Source of the DNA: Erysipelothrix sp. | Lineage (GTDB): Bacteria; Bacillota_I; Bacilli_A; Erysipelotrichales; Erysipelotrichaceae | Reading direction: 5' to 3' | NCBI GenBank assembly: GCA_012735275.1 | Contig: JAAYHR010000026.1 | Span: forward strand, 33,769-97,768 | Length of the DNA: 64,000 bases | Shown: piece after piece, positions 18,948 through 28,135 of the stretch | Position numbering within the stretch: position 1 is the first letter of the stretch | Layout: each line of letters begins with the position of its first letter | Made by a program: the position numbers and the translations under genes | The notes under the pieces: model-generated | What the model was told of the DNA's origin: nothing | Databases searched by the model: none | Seen by the model: only the letters and a program-made list of their open reading frames with translations

Positions 18948-20039
18948 CTATTTATTTAGGCTTTCATTGGTTTTCTTTTGTGCTTGTTTTAAATTGAAAC
19001 TTCTAAGTTCAGTTGAGTTACGAATTATTAATGGTGCTTGTAGAACTACTTCCTCACTAGCACTTTTACTATCTTTAATACGCGCTAGTAATAGATTAGT
19101 AACCTTCTGACCAAGATCATAGACTGATGGTGATACTGTAGTAATTCCATCAAAGAGCATATCCGCCCAACCTAATCTTGCAAAACCGCCCCAGTCATCA
19201 TAACCACATAAAGCAATCTCATCAGGTAAACTCAACCCTAATTCTTTCATACATTTAGCCATAACAAATAGTACAACACCATTCTCGCAGACGATTGCTG
19301 GCTTATGGCGATATTTAACAAACTTTTCCATAATCTCAACAATGCGGTCTTTAATTGCTTCTGTATCCAAGATATCAATGTAACGAACTTGATCACTTGT
19401 AACATTCTTAGCTTCCATTATATTATTAAAGGCATTAACACGTAATTGGCGCGTTGAGATATGTTCAGGATTCTCACTAAAGAAATAGATATCTTCATAA
19501 CCCTCATGATCTAAATGTGAAACTAAGTTTTGAATTGGTTCAACATTATCAATATGCACGATATCAAAATCAAAATTATTTACAAAACGATCGGCTAAAA
19601 TAATTGGAAACTCTGCTTTAGCTAAAGATACCAGATAATCATTATCCATATTATTCGTGTGGACAATTAAACCATCAACTTGTTGTGCTTGCATTGCTTC
19701 AATTGCTTGAATTTCTTTTTCGATTGAATTATCAGTGTTAGCTGTCATAATTAAATAATTTGAACCTGATAATGCTTGTTCGACACTTTTGATTAAACCT
19801 GCAGTAAAGGGACTTTCAATATCTGATACGATAATACCAATGATAAAAGAGTTTTGACTCTTTAGTGATTGAGCTATCTTACTTGGTTGATAGCCAGATT
19901 CTTTAATTATACTACCAACATGTTCCTTTGTATCCTTTGACATATATTCAAATTTCCCATTTAAGTAATGAGAAATAGTAGTCTTTGAAACTCCGGCTAA
20001 TTTAGCTACTTCTGAGATTGTTAATTTTGGTTTGCACAT
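18948..20039 (-). CDS. LacI family transcriptional regulator
   Basis: N-terminal HTH TISEVAKLAGVSKTTISHYLNG followed by a periplasmic-binding-protein fold. ATG 20037-20039 has a GAGG SD 9 nt upstream; the track's TTG start is 15 nt further upstream. Confidence 0.85.
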   Translation of the reverse strand: MCKPKLTISEVAKLAGVSKTTISHYLNGKFEYMSKDTKEHVGSIIKESGYQPSKIAQSLKSQNSFIIGIIVSDIESPFTAGLIKSVEQALSGSNYLIMTANTDNSIEKEIQAIEAMQAQQVDGLIVHTNNMDNDYLVSLAKAEFPIILADRFVNNFDFDIVHIDNVEPIQNLVSHLDHEGYEDIYFFSENPEHISTRQLRVNAFNNIMEAKNVTSDQVRYIDILDTEAIKDRIVEIMEKFVKYRHKPAIVCENGVVLFVMAKCMKELGLSLPDEIALCGYDDWGGFARLGWADMLFDGITTVSPSVYDLGQKVTNLLLARIKDSKSASEEVVLQAPLIIRNSTELRSFNLKQAQKKTNESLNK

Positions 20040-20114
20040 TCTATCATACCTCAATCCATTCTATGGCAATTATATGTAAACTACTTAAGTTAGTCAAATA
20101 CCACCCAGCAATAA

Positions 20115-20804
20115 TTATATAAATAAAGCTAGTATATAGGCCATGACTGGCGCTAGTATGACCGTAAAGATTCCCGTAAGGATTAGCGCTATACTTGAGT
20201 AAGAGCCCTGTGTCTCACTAGTAGAGGCCGCTTTGGCAGTTCCAACCGCATGTGAGCTCGTCCCTAAGGCTAAACCAATCGCTGTATCATCATTTATCTT
20301 AAATAACTTGTTTATAAGTGGGGAAATCGCTGCCCCAAAGATTCCAGTTAATAGAACTACCATAATTGTAATCTCTGATATTCCACCAATTGCGCCACTG
20401 ACATCTGTCGCCAGCGGTGTAGTAATTGATTTTGGAATTAAACTTAATGCTAAGTCTTTATCCAAATTCAGTAACAAGATAATTATCATTAATATTATAA
20501 AGTGACTAATAATTGCTGTTGTGATTGCGACAATTAATAGTTTCACGTTCTTCTTAATTAAGTCTAAGTTTTTATAAAGTGGTATCGCAAGTGAAATGGT
20601 TGCAGGACCGATGAGCGCTTTAATCATATCGCCACCAACTTGATAGTCAGCTAAATCAATATTAAATACTAATAAAAAGGCAATAACTAAGATTCCTCCA
20701 AATAGGAGTGGATTTAATAGTTCAATTTTAGTTCTCTTTTGCACTTCAGCTACTAGTAAGTATGCAACTAGGCTTAATGTAATACCAAATAAAGGATTAT
20801 TCAT
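20115..20804 (-). CDS. lrgB: LrgB family membrane protein
   Basis: 229-aa polytopic protein overlapping a 117-aa CidA/LrgA-like ORF. Size and pairing are typical of lrgAB. Confidence 0.8.
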   Translation of the reverse strand: MNNPLFGITLSLVAYLLVAEVQKRTKIELLNPLLFGGILVIAFLLVFNIDLADYQVGGDMIKALIGPATISLAIPLYKNLDLIKKNVKLLIVAITTAIISHFIILMIIILLLNLDKDLALSLIPKSITTPLATDVSGAIGGISEITIMVVLLTGIFGAAISPLINKLFKINDDTAIGLALGTSSHAVGTAKAASTSETQGSYSSIALILTGIFTVILAPVMAYILALFI

Positions 20805-21150
20805 GGCGAGTCACCTTCTGACTAACTTTCGCAACAATTATATAGGTTACACTTGTTGTAACAATAATTACAATTAGTAGATTAAAACCATATAACTTTA
20901 AGAGTTCGACTTGATCAATTAAACCAACCATTAATGGTATAAATAAAAAGCCCATGTTCTTTTGAAGACTAGTTCCACTATCTTCGACTAAATCGAGATC
21001 AAGAACTTTCGTATATAATCCGATAAATAATAAAAGTAGACCAATTATTGATCCTGGAATTGGCAAATTGAAAAGTGAGTGCAGCATGTCACCCAAAAAT
21101 GAAAACCCAAATATAATACAAAGTGATTTCAATAGTTTCATAATATACAC
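20797..21150 (-). CDS. lrgA: CidA/LrgA family holin-like protein
   Basis: 117 aa with 4 TM helices. The P.PGSIIGLLLLF motif is typical of LrgA. Confidence 0.8.
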   Translation of the reverse strand: MYIMKLLKSLCIIFGFSFLGDMLHSLFNLPIPGSIIGLLLLFIGLYTKVLDLDLVEDSGTSLQKNMGFLFIPLMVGLIDQVELLKLYGFNLLIVIIVTTSVTYIIVAKVSQKVTRHE

Positions 21151-21197
21151 CTTTTCTAACTTAGTATATTATACACAATTGTCATACTAGATACATC

Positions 21198-22424
21198 TTA
21201 GTTATTATCTTTTTCACTTTTGCGCGCTATTTTGCTTATACCAATGGAACCGCCGAGAATTCCAAAATTATAAACTTTTGATCCATAGACTAAAAATATC
21301 GTTAAAGTTATTAATGATAAGAGTATCCCTAGTAATATTTCATAGATGCTTACTTTAGTAAGTAAGAGTCGCATGGGCATAAATAACATTGAAGTTATCG
21401 GAGTTAAGGATAAGTAGTAGCCAATACCTGATGATAGCTTGGGTGGTGAGTTAAGTGCTAGTGCTAAGTAATAGATTAGTAAGAAGATTATATAAACTGG
21501 TCCATGAATAGCTGATGATTCTTCAATCGAATTAATAAAACTCGAGATGCAGACCATTATAATTTGAACTAAAACTACGCCGATTAACATGTAGATTAAA
21601 CTTACAGCTAGGATATAGATTAGGTTTCCATCAATATCTAACAGTTTGATAAAATCTTTAAAGGTTAAGGCGTCAAGATCAATTAGGTTATATTTTCTTA
21701 AAATAGCAAGTAAGCCGGCACCTTCATCGTAGAGATTACGGATAAAGATTATTGTTGAGACTTCCACTAGTATTAATAACATCTGAATAATTACGGTCAT
21801 CCAAGCAACAATCATCTTAGATATGTAATGGGTTGTGGTTGAGATCGATGTTAAAACTATTTCTAATACTTTTGAGGTCTTCTCATAAACAACCTCATTA
21901 GCAATCATTGTCGAGAACGAGAGCATAGCAAAATAGATTCCTGTAATCATAAACATACTGATATTAGCCTTATCTTTTGAGAATGAATTCTCAATTAAAG
22001 ACTGTTCGACTATTTCCGGGGAAATATTACTTATAATTTCAAAGCGTGATTGGTCATTTAAGCTTTCCATCCACTTCTCACTGATAAGATTGGATAGAAC
22101 GCTTGTTACTTGAATAGAAACTAGTGGATCTAATGGATGTTTCGTTTCAATTATATATTTGTCTTCATAGTAGATATTAATTGACTCATCTAGATAACCC
22201 TCTTTAAATACAAAAAGATCATCACTAACTTCATCAGTAAATAAATGTTTGATATCTTTATGGTAATAAACTTCTATTTTCTCACTTGAGCTTGGAATAA
22301 AATATTCAATAATTTTATCTGAGAAGAGTGCTCCAGTCATAATTGTGATCGTTAAAAGATGCAGAATAATGGTTATTTTGTTCTTAAAGCGGCGATCAAT
22401 TGAGAATCTAATCAAATGTTTCAT
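21198..22424 (-). CDS. ABC-2 type transporter permease (NatB-like topology)
   Basis: 408 aa: an N-terminal TM helix, a ~130-aa extracytoplasmic segment, then 5-6 TM helices. 4-nt overlap with the upstream ATPase gene. Confidence 0.7.
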   Translation of the reverse strand: MKHLIRFSIDRRFKNKITIILHLLTITIMTGALFSDKIIEYFIPSSSEKIEVYYHKDIKHLFTDEVSDDLFVFKEGYLDESINIYYEDKYIIETKHPLDPLVSIQVTSVLSNLISEKWMESLNDQSRFEIISNISPEIVEQSLIENSFSKDKANISMFMITGIYFAMLSFSTMIANEVVYEKTSKVLEIVLTSISTTTHYISKMIVAWMTVIIQMLLILVEVSTIIFIRNLYDEGAGLLAILRKYNLIDLDALTFKDFIKLLDIDGNLIYILAVSLIYMLIGVVLVQIIMVCISSFINSIEESSAIHGPVYIIFLLIYYLALALNSPPKLSSGIGYYLSLTPITSMLFMPMRLLLTKVSIYEILLGILLSLITLTIFLVYGSKVYNFGILGGSIGISKIARKSEKDNN

Positions 22425-23305
22425 ACTAAGTTAAACTCTCTAACAATTTTCTCGATGGTTGGCTGCATTAAACTAACTAGGATACCGCGCTCTTTAGTTA
22501 CTAGCGTGTGAAGAACAAAGTTCGCATGATCTGGATTATCTATTTCTAACTCATAGAACTCCTGGCCCATTTTAATATTAGTATAATCAATTTGATCAAG
22601 ATACTTTTCAGCCATCAGTTTATCAAGCCGAAGATAGCGTAAGTTTGACATGGCTTTTAACTCTTTGATATACCCCTTAAACATTGTATCGCCATTCTTT
22701 AATATCAAAAGCCTTTCACAAAATTCTTCGATATGTTCAAACTGATGACTAGCTAATAGTATTATCTTATTATTAGTTTTAAGTTTATGGATTAATCGTT
22801 TGAGAATATTAACATTGATTATATCCAAACCTGAGAGTGGTTCATCAAGAACAATAATTTTTGGATCATGGATTAAGGCACAGATTATTTGAACTTTTTG
22901 CTGATTACCTTTGGATAGTTTTCCAATTATGTGATGACGATACTTTCTTATTTCAAGTATTTGTAAGTATTCATCAAGTTTCTCTTCAATGATATGATCT
23001 TCCATCTTCTTTAAACGTCCAAGAAAGAGAACCTGATCTAAAACTGTTAGGTCTTTATAGAGGCAGCGCTCCTCTGGTAGATAACCTAAGAGTTTATTAT
23101 CATAAGTTTTTATATCTTTACCTAAATAGGAAATACTGCCACTATCACCATTAAGTAATCCTAAAAGAACTTTGAAAAAAGTCGTTTTTCCACTACCATT
23201 AATACCAATGATGCCAATAGCTTGGCCTGATTCAATTTGAAAGGAGATATTTTCTACCCCTTTTGTATTTTTATAGTATTTAGTTACATTATTTACTTTT
23301 AGCAT
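22421..23305 (-). CDS. ABC transporter ATP-binding protein
   Basis: Walker A GINGSGKTT, signature LSKGNQQK and Walker B IIVLDEP, plus a ~70-aa C-terminal extension. Confidence 0.9.
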   Translation of the reverse strand: MLKVNNVTKYYKNTKGVENISFQIESGQAIGIIGINGSGKTTFFKVLLGLLNGDSGSISYLGKDIKTYDNKLLGYLPEERCLYKDLTVLDQVLFLGRLKKMEDHIIEEKLDEYLQILEIRKYRHHIIGKLSKGNQQKVQIICALIHDPKIIVLDEPLSGLDIINVNILKRLIHKLKTNNKIILLASHQFEHIEEFCERLLILKNGDTMFKGYIKELKAMSNLRYLRLDKLMAEKYLDQIDYTNIKMGQEFYELEIDNPDHANFVLHTLVTKERGILVSLMQPTIEKIVREFNLV

Positions 23306-23350
23306 TTTATCACCAATTAAATATTAGATTTTAAGTCTATTTAACCTAAT

Positions 23351-23397
23351 AAAAAAGTGCACTCTTTAAATTATTTTAATGATGTGCACTTTAATTT
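23351..23397 (-). terminator. probable intrinsic terminator after the EIICB-like gene
   Basis: On the minus strand, AAAGTGCAC ... GTGCACTTTTTT (9-bp stem, long loop, T-run). Confidence 0.5.
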
Positions 23398-23399
23398 GT

Positions 23400-24947
23400 T
23401 TAAAATTCGTCTTCTTGTAATTGTTTTCTTAATAATACTTCTTGTCTAATTATTGTCGATGCCGTTCCATAATAAATTGAATACATAGTACGTGTTTCCT
23501 TAACACGACCAATGTCAGTTGTTTCTAAAAACTCATAATCAAACATTTGTGGTCGTTTTAGTTTAACTGATAGTCTAAATGGACTTGAGTTTATTTCTTC
23601 TATATTTGAAATACCACCAACGATCTTATCTAACTCATCTACATATGCTTCAATATCAAACTTATTAATTAAACCAATTGCTAAGTATCGATAGTAAAGT
23701 CTTGTAGCAAATATGTAAATAATTAAGATAACTATTCCAATAATAATTAGTGTTACAAGTGTTGATCTTAAATTATGGTTTTTAAAGTAGCTGATAAATT
23801 CAAATCCATTACCAAGGGTTACGCCTGCTAAACCATCTGGGAAGACTGATCCTAAGAATAGTCCCATTCCATGTAGTGCTCCGAAGATTAAGCTTGAGAC
23901 TGCTAAGTGGAATGCATAGAGTAATGGTGCAATTACAAACATAAGTATTTCAACTGGAACTGATAAATCTGCTACAAAGGTAAAGGCAATTAGAATTGAC
24001 GCTAATATTATATTGTTATATCGCTCACGTTTATCTGTATAAAGTGAGAATAGTCCGATAATGTAACCTGGAATTGCGAATAGGTTAATAATATAATATG
24101 GTGTTAAGTAGCGACCAAATCCACCACTAAATACTTCATTACTTAGTGTTGCTTGCCAAATTGAAACATCACCTAAGTAATTTACACCAGCATTGCTCAT
24201 CCATGATCCACCTAGGGATGAGTACCAGAATGTTTCACGGTTTAAAGCCGATAGTTCAAATAGCGATAGAATTTTATCAAAGAAACCATAGATTAGTGTG
24301 TGGAGTGGATTAGTTATATCTTCAGCAATCCAATCAAAGATTAAAAATAAGTACTTAATTACGAATGGCCAAGCAACTGAAAGAAATAGTCCCATTATAA
24401 ATGATAGTACGATTACATAGATAATACCTAAGACATTCTTATCAATAAATTGAAATAGTGCATATTTAGTTCTTGCATTAGTCCAACGATATGAGAATGC
24501 TACAATAACTCCAGAAATTAGTGATGCAAAGAATCCAATTCGATATGGTTTTAATATGACCTCGACATTTCCGGGTCTAAAGTAACTTAAACTATCAATT
24601 TCAAAGAAACTTGCGTAAGCGATAGCTGGTAAGTTATGTGATCCATAGATTGCGGTAATAGTAGAGATGAGTAAAAATGATACAAAGAACATTAAAACAA
24701 GCTTTGATGAGTTATATTTCTTCGATAAATACATTACTACAAATAATAATGGTAAATATTGGATTACCATTGTCGAGAAATATTGAATAATACTCATTAA
24801 GCCAATAATCCACTTAAAGTTTCCATCAATATTAACAATAACCCCATCGCTTAGGACAGTATTACTGATTCCCCTAAAAAGAAACATTATTAACATTACA
24901 ATTAAAGGATATTTAATTGTTTCAAAGTCTATTTTGAATTTACGCAT
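23400..24947 (-). CDS. PTS glucose-family EIICB-like membrane protein with a degenerate EIIB domain (Cys replaced by Ser)
   Basis: 515 aa, about 10 TM helices. The EIIC-like block SVPVEILMFVIAPLLYAFH corresponds to GITEPIEFSFMFVAPILYxxH. The C-terminal block VGGISNIEEINSSPFRLSV corresponds to the EIIB consensus FGGKENIxxLDACITRLRV. Confidence 0.6.
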   Translation of the reverse strand: MRKFKIDFETIKYPLIVMLIMFLFRGISNTVLSDGVIVNIDGNFKWIIGLMSIIQYFSTMVIQYLPLLFVVMYLSKKYNSSKLVLMFFVSFLLISTITAIYGSHNLPAIAYASFFEIDSLSYFRPGNVEVILKPYRIGFFASLISGVIVAFSYRWTNARTKYALFQFIDKNVLGIIYVIVLSFIMGLFLSVAWPFVIKYLFLIFDWIAEDITNPLHTLIYGFFDKILSLFELSALNRETFWYSSLGGSWMSNAGVNYLGDVSIWQATLSNEVFSGGFGRYLTPYYIINLFAIPGYIIGLFSLYTDKRERYNNIILASILIAFTFVADLSVPVEILMFVIAPLLYAFHLAVSSLIFGALHGMGLFLGSVFPDGLAGVTLGNGFEFISYFKNHNLRSTLVTLIIIGIVILIIYIFATRLYYRYLAIGLINKFDIEAYVDELDKIVGGISNIEEINSSPFRLSVKLKRPQMFDYEFLETTDIGRVKETRTMYSIYYGTASTIIRQEVLLRKQLQEDEF

Positions 24948-25009
24948 ACACTACACCTCTCAAATATGATAACATTAATGCATAGTACTATCAATAAAGG
25001 AGGTTTATT

Positions 25010-25432
25010 TTGAAAATAGTTTATGCAGAAAAACAATCAGAAATTTTCGCGGTTGTAAATATAAGAAAGTCAGTCTTTGTTATTGAACAGAATGTTTCAA
25101 TTGAAGAAGAACTTGATGAATTAGACTATGATGCTAGACACTTCTTAATTGTAAGTAATGACGAGTATGTTGGTACAGCAAGAATTGTATATAATGATGA
25201 TCATGTTTCAATTGGAAGAGTCGCCGTCTTAAAAGAGCATCGAAAACATGGATATGGTGCAAAATTAATTCAACATCTAATTGATGACATTAGAAATGAT
25301 GGTCATAAGAGAATTTTAATTGGTGCCCAGGTTCAAGCTTTACCATTTTATGAGAAATTAGGATTTGAGCAATATGGTGATATTTACTTGGATGCCAATA
25401 TTGAACACTACCATATGGAGTTGAAATTATGA
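25010..25432 (+). CDS. GNAT family N-acetyltransferase
   Basis: 140 aa. Acetyl-CoA-binding motif RVAVLKEHRKHGYGAKL. TTG start 6 nt after an AAAGGAGG SD. Confidence 0.85.
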   Translation: MKIVYAEKQSEIFAVVNIRKSVFVIEQNVSIEEELDELDYDARHFLIVSNDEYVGTARIVYNDDHVSIGRVAVLKEHRKHGYGAKLIQHLIDDIRNDGHKRILIGAQVQALPFYEKLGFEQYGDIYLDANIEHYHMELKL

Positions 25433-26619
25433 ATTTATCGCCTAATTATGTGAAACAAAAGTTTCATATTGATTGGACACTGACAATTATAATGGCTGCC
25501 CTATTTACGGTATCAATGGTATCTATCTATTTAGCAATGCCCCTAGTATCAAATGTTAGAGGCTTAATTGAAAAACAAGTCTTATGGTATATCACTGGAT
25601 TTATGATAGTCGGATTTTTGATTTACCTTGGGACAAATAATTTATATCAAATTACACCAATACTGTATTGGATACTAATGGGAGCTTTAGTTCTCCTATT
25701 TCTAGATCGATTTATTAATGTACCTTTTGTATCAGAGATAAATGGTGCCAGAGCCTGGTTCCTATTTCCTGGTATAGGATCATTTCAACCCAGTGAGTTT
25801 ATGAAAATTGTGCTGATATTAATGTCAGCTGATATTGTTAGTGAACATAACAAAGCAAAAGTTGAAGATTCATATGCTGAGGATATTAGTTTATTCTTAA
25901 AAATATTTAAAATTGCGATTCCACCACTAGTTCTAATTGTCTTACAACCAGATACAGGTATCCCACTGGTTATTGTAATTTCAATTATGGTCATGGTTTT
26001 TGTTTCAGGAATTCAAAGAAGTTGGATATACATTTCAATGGGAACATTTATTGCAGTGTTCGCTATCTTCTTATACATTTATTTTAATCATCAACAATTT
26101 TTACTTAATTTGTTTGATTCTAATTCTCTACGCCTTTCTCGTTTCTTTGGTTGGCTAGAGCCTGAAAAATATATGCGATCATGGGGTAACCAATTATATG
26201 AAGGTTTATTAGCCCTTGGATCAGGTGGTATTGATGGACATCCATTAAGACAAGTCTTAGTATTATTTGCCGAACCACAAAACGACTTTATCTTTGCGGT
26301 TATTGGTCAAAACTTTGGCTTTATCGGGACATCATTTGTCGTTATCCTATCGTGCTTATTTGATTTAAAGGTATTATCAATTGCCTTTAACTCAACTGAT
26401 CAAAGAAATAAGTTAATGGCAATAGGTATGTTAGGTATGATTGTCTTCCAACAGGTAGAAAATATGGGTATGATAACTGGTTTATTACCAATTACCGGAA
26501 TCACACTTCCATTTATATCTTATGGAGGATCATCCCTATGGTCTTACATGATTCCTTTATCAATTATCTTTAAGATGGCAAGTGACAATATTCAAAAGAA
26601 CGGAACATTCTTCGTTTAA
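25429..26619 (+). CDS. FtsW/RodA/SpoVE (SEDS) family peptidoglycan glycosyltransferase
   Basis: 396 aa, about 10 TM helices. Motifs QPSEFMK, PDTG and TGITLPFISYGGSS are diagnostic of SEDS proteins. ATGA overlap with the GNAT gene. Confidence 0.9.
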   Translation: MNLSPNYVKQKFHIDWTLTIIMAALFTVSMVSIYLAMPLVSNVRGLIEKQVLWYITGFMIVGFLIYLGTNNLYQITPILYWILMGALVLLFLDRFINVPFVSEINGARAWFLFPGIGSFQPSEFMKIVLILMSADIVSEHNKAKVEDSYAEDISLFLKIFKIAIPPLVLIVLQPDTGIPLVIVISIMVMVFVSGIQRSWIYISMGTFIAVFAIFLYIYFNHQQFLLNLFDSNSLRLSRFFGWLEPEKYMRSWGNQLYEGLLALGSGGIDGHPLRQVLVLFAEPQNDFIFAVIGQNFGFIGTSFVVILSCLFDLKVLSIAFNSTDQRNKLMAIGMLGMIVFQQVENMGMITGLLPITGITLPFISYGGSSLWSYMIPLSIIFKMASDNIQKNGTFFV

Positions 26620-26633
26620 TCAATGTAAAACTA

Positions 26634-26670
26634 AAAGTGAACTACTTCATAATGAGGAAGTTCACTTTTT
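26634..26670 (+). terminator. intrinsic terminator after the SEDS gene
   Basis: GTGAACT ... AGTTCAC stem followed by TTTTT. Confidence 0.6.
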
Positions 26671-26682
26671 CTATCTCCAAAT

Positions 26683-26721
26683 AAAAATACGTTTAGCCAT
26701 ATTTGACTAAACGTATCTTTT
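26683..26721 (-). terminator. intrinsic terminator after nadK
   Basis: ATACGTTTAG / CTAAACGTAT 10-bp stem flanked by an A-run (a T-run on the minus strand). Confidence 0.65.
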
Positions 26722-26737
26722 ATAATTTAATCACCGA

Positions 26738-27523
26738 TTAAAATAAGGATCTAATACGGTGGGTATAGGTTAACTTATCATGATAGCGAGCAAAATTTAC
26801 CTTTTTATCTTCTGATAACTTAAATTCTACTTCTTGAACATCATGGATTGGAATTGATAAGTGGTCATAACACATTATCGCTTCTTTAAAACTTGGGCTC
26901 GTGAACTTAACATTTGTATTTGCATCTAATATTAATGGAACTTGAAGTGATTGGAATAAGCGATGGTGAATTCCAGTAATTTCCGCTACCTGAATTAATT
27001 CTAACTCATCAGATATAACCGCAGCTTTTAAAGAACGATTATACCCTGTTGATCCAGGTTGAGTTGAAACACAGATTCCTGTTCCTCTAAATGTTTCCAA
27101 ATGCACATCATTAATATAGACATCTAGGATTTGCGTTTTGATAATATTCTCAACGCGCGACTCATTTAATGCATAGAAAACTTCAGTATTATCTTCTTCT
27201 TTTAAATGAATCTCAAGTAGTCGTTTAGTTGATACTTCCGGCTTATTAGCTAGGATACAGTCAACTAAATAATCAACTTCTTCAATTTTAAAATCGGCAA
27301 AGAAGCCGAGTGTTCCCGTGTGAATACCTACCATTAATATATCGGAAATATTTTCTAAATATTTGTGAATACCAACTAAAAAGGTCCCATCTCCACCAAC
27401 TACAACTACTAGTTCTGGGTTTTCATCATCTCTGATTAAATCAGATTCTTTAAGTCTATTGTCAATATATGTACTTGTTTCAAGCGATAATTTATCCATT
27501 CGATTTACAATTGTATATCTCAT
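26738..27523 (-). CDS. nadK: NAD kinase
   Basis: 261 aa. Motifs GGDGTFL and STGYNRS are typical of PpnK/NadK. Confidence 0.9.
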   Translation of the reverse strand: MRYTIVNRMDKLSLETSTYIDNRLKESDLIRDDENPELVVVVGGDGTFLVGIHKYLENISDILMVGIHTGTLGFFADFKIEEVDYLVDCILANKPEVSTKRLLEIHLKEEDNTEVFYALNESRVENIIKTQILDVYINDVHLETFRGTGICVSTQPGSTGYNRSLKAAVISDELELIQVAEITGIHHRLFQSLQVPLILDANTNVKFTSPSFKEAIMCYDHLSIPIHDVQEVEFKLSEDKKVNFARYHDKLTYTHRIRSLF

Positions 27524-27533
27524 TTTACCCCTC

Positions 27534-28133
27534 CTATATTTTAAATCTACCTTCCAAAGCTTTAATAATCGTTAAATCATCAGCGTAATCTAAGTGGCCA
27601 CCAACTGGTAATCCATGAGCAATTCTCGTTACTTTTACTTCTGGATTCTCCATAGCAATCAGTTTTGATAAATATAATGAAGTAGTATCACCTTCAACAG
27701 TTAAGTTGGTTGCGATAATAACTTCTTCAACGCCATCATTTAAACGTTCTTTAAGTGATTTAATATTCAGATCATCTGGTAATACACCTTTTGACGGTGA
27801 GATTAAACCATTTAAGACATGATATGTTCCATGATAATTTTCAGTTTTTTCCATTGCAATTGTGTCGGTCGTATTAGCAACTACACAAATTATACTACTA
27901 TCACGTAATTCATCCTGACATATTGCGCACAAATCATCTTCGGATAGATTTCCACATTTACGGCAGTTTTTTATTTTAGCTTTTAGTTCTATAATTGCTT
28001 CAGCCAAGTCACTAACTTCATCCATTTCTAGACCTAAGATACTTAAAGCGTATCTTTCTGCTGTTTTTTGGCCAACACCAGGCAATTTTTTAAGATTTTC
28101 AATTAAACTTTCTAATGATTTAGGATATAACAT
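27534..28133 (-). CDS. recR: recombination protein RecR
   Basis: LPGVGQKTAERYA helix-hairpin-helix, C4 zinc finger CRKCGN...CAIC, and a Toprim domain. 199 aa. Confidence 0.95.
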   Translation of the reverse strand: MLYPKSLESLIENLKKLPGVGQKTAERYALSILGLEMDEVSDLAEAIIELKAKIKNCRKCGNLSEDDLCAICQDELRDSSIICVVANTTDTIAMEKTENYHGTYHVLNGLISPSKGVLPDDLNIKSLKERLNDGVEEVIIATNLTVEGDTTSLYLSKLIAMENPEVKVTRIAHGLPVGGHLDYADDLTIIKALEGRFKI

Positions 28134-28135
28134 AT

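Noticed and set aside
18948-24947. The lacI-lrgAB-ABC-EIICB-like stretch as a possible genomic island or mobile element.
   Set aside because: I found no integrase, transposase or recombinase, no flanking direct or inverted repeats and no tRNA target, and base composition looks the same as the surroundings by eye. It looks like ordinary accessory metabolism and transport genes.
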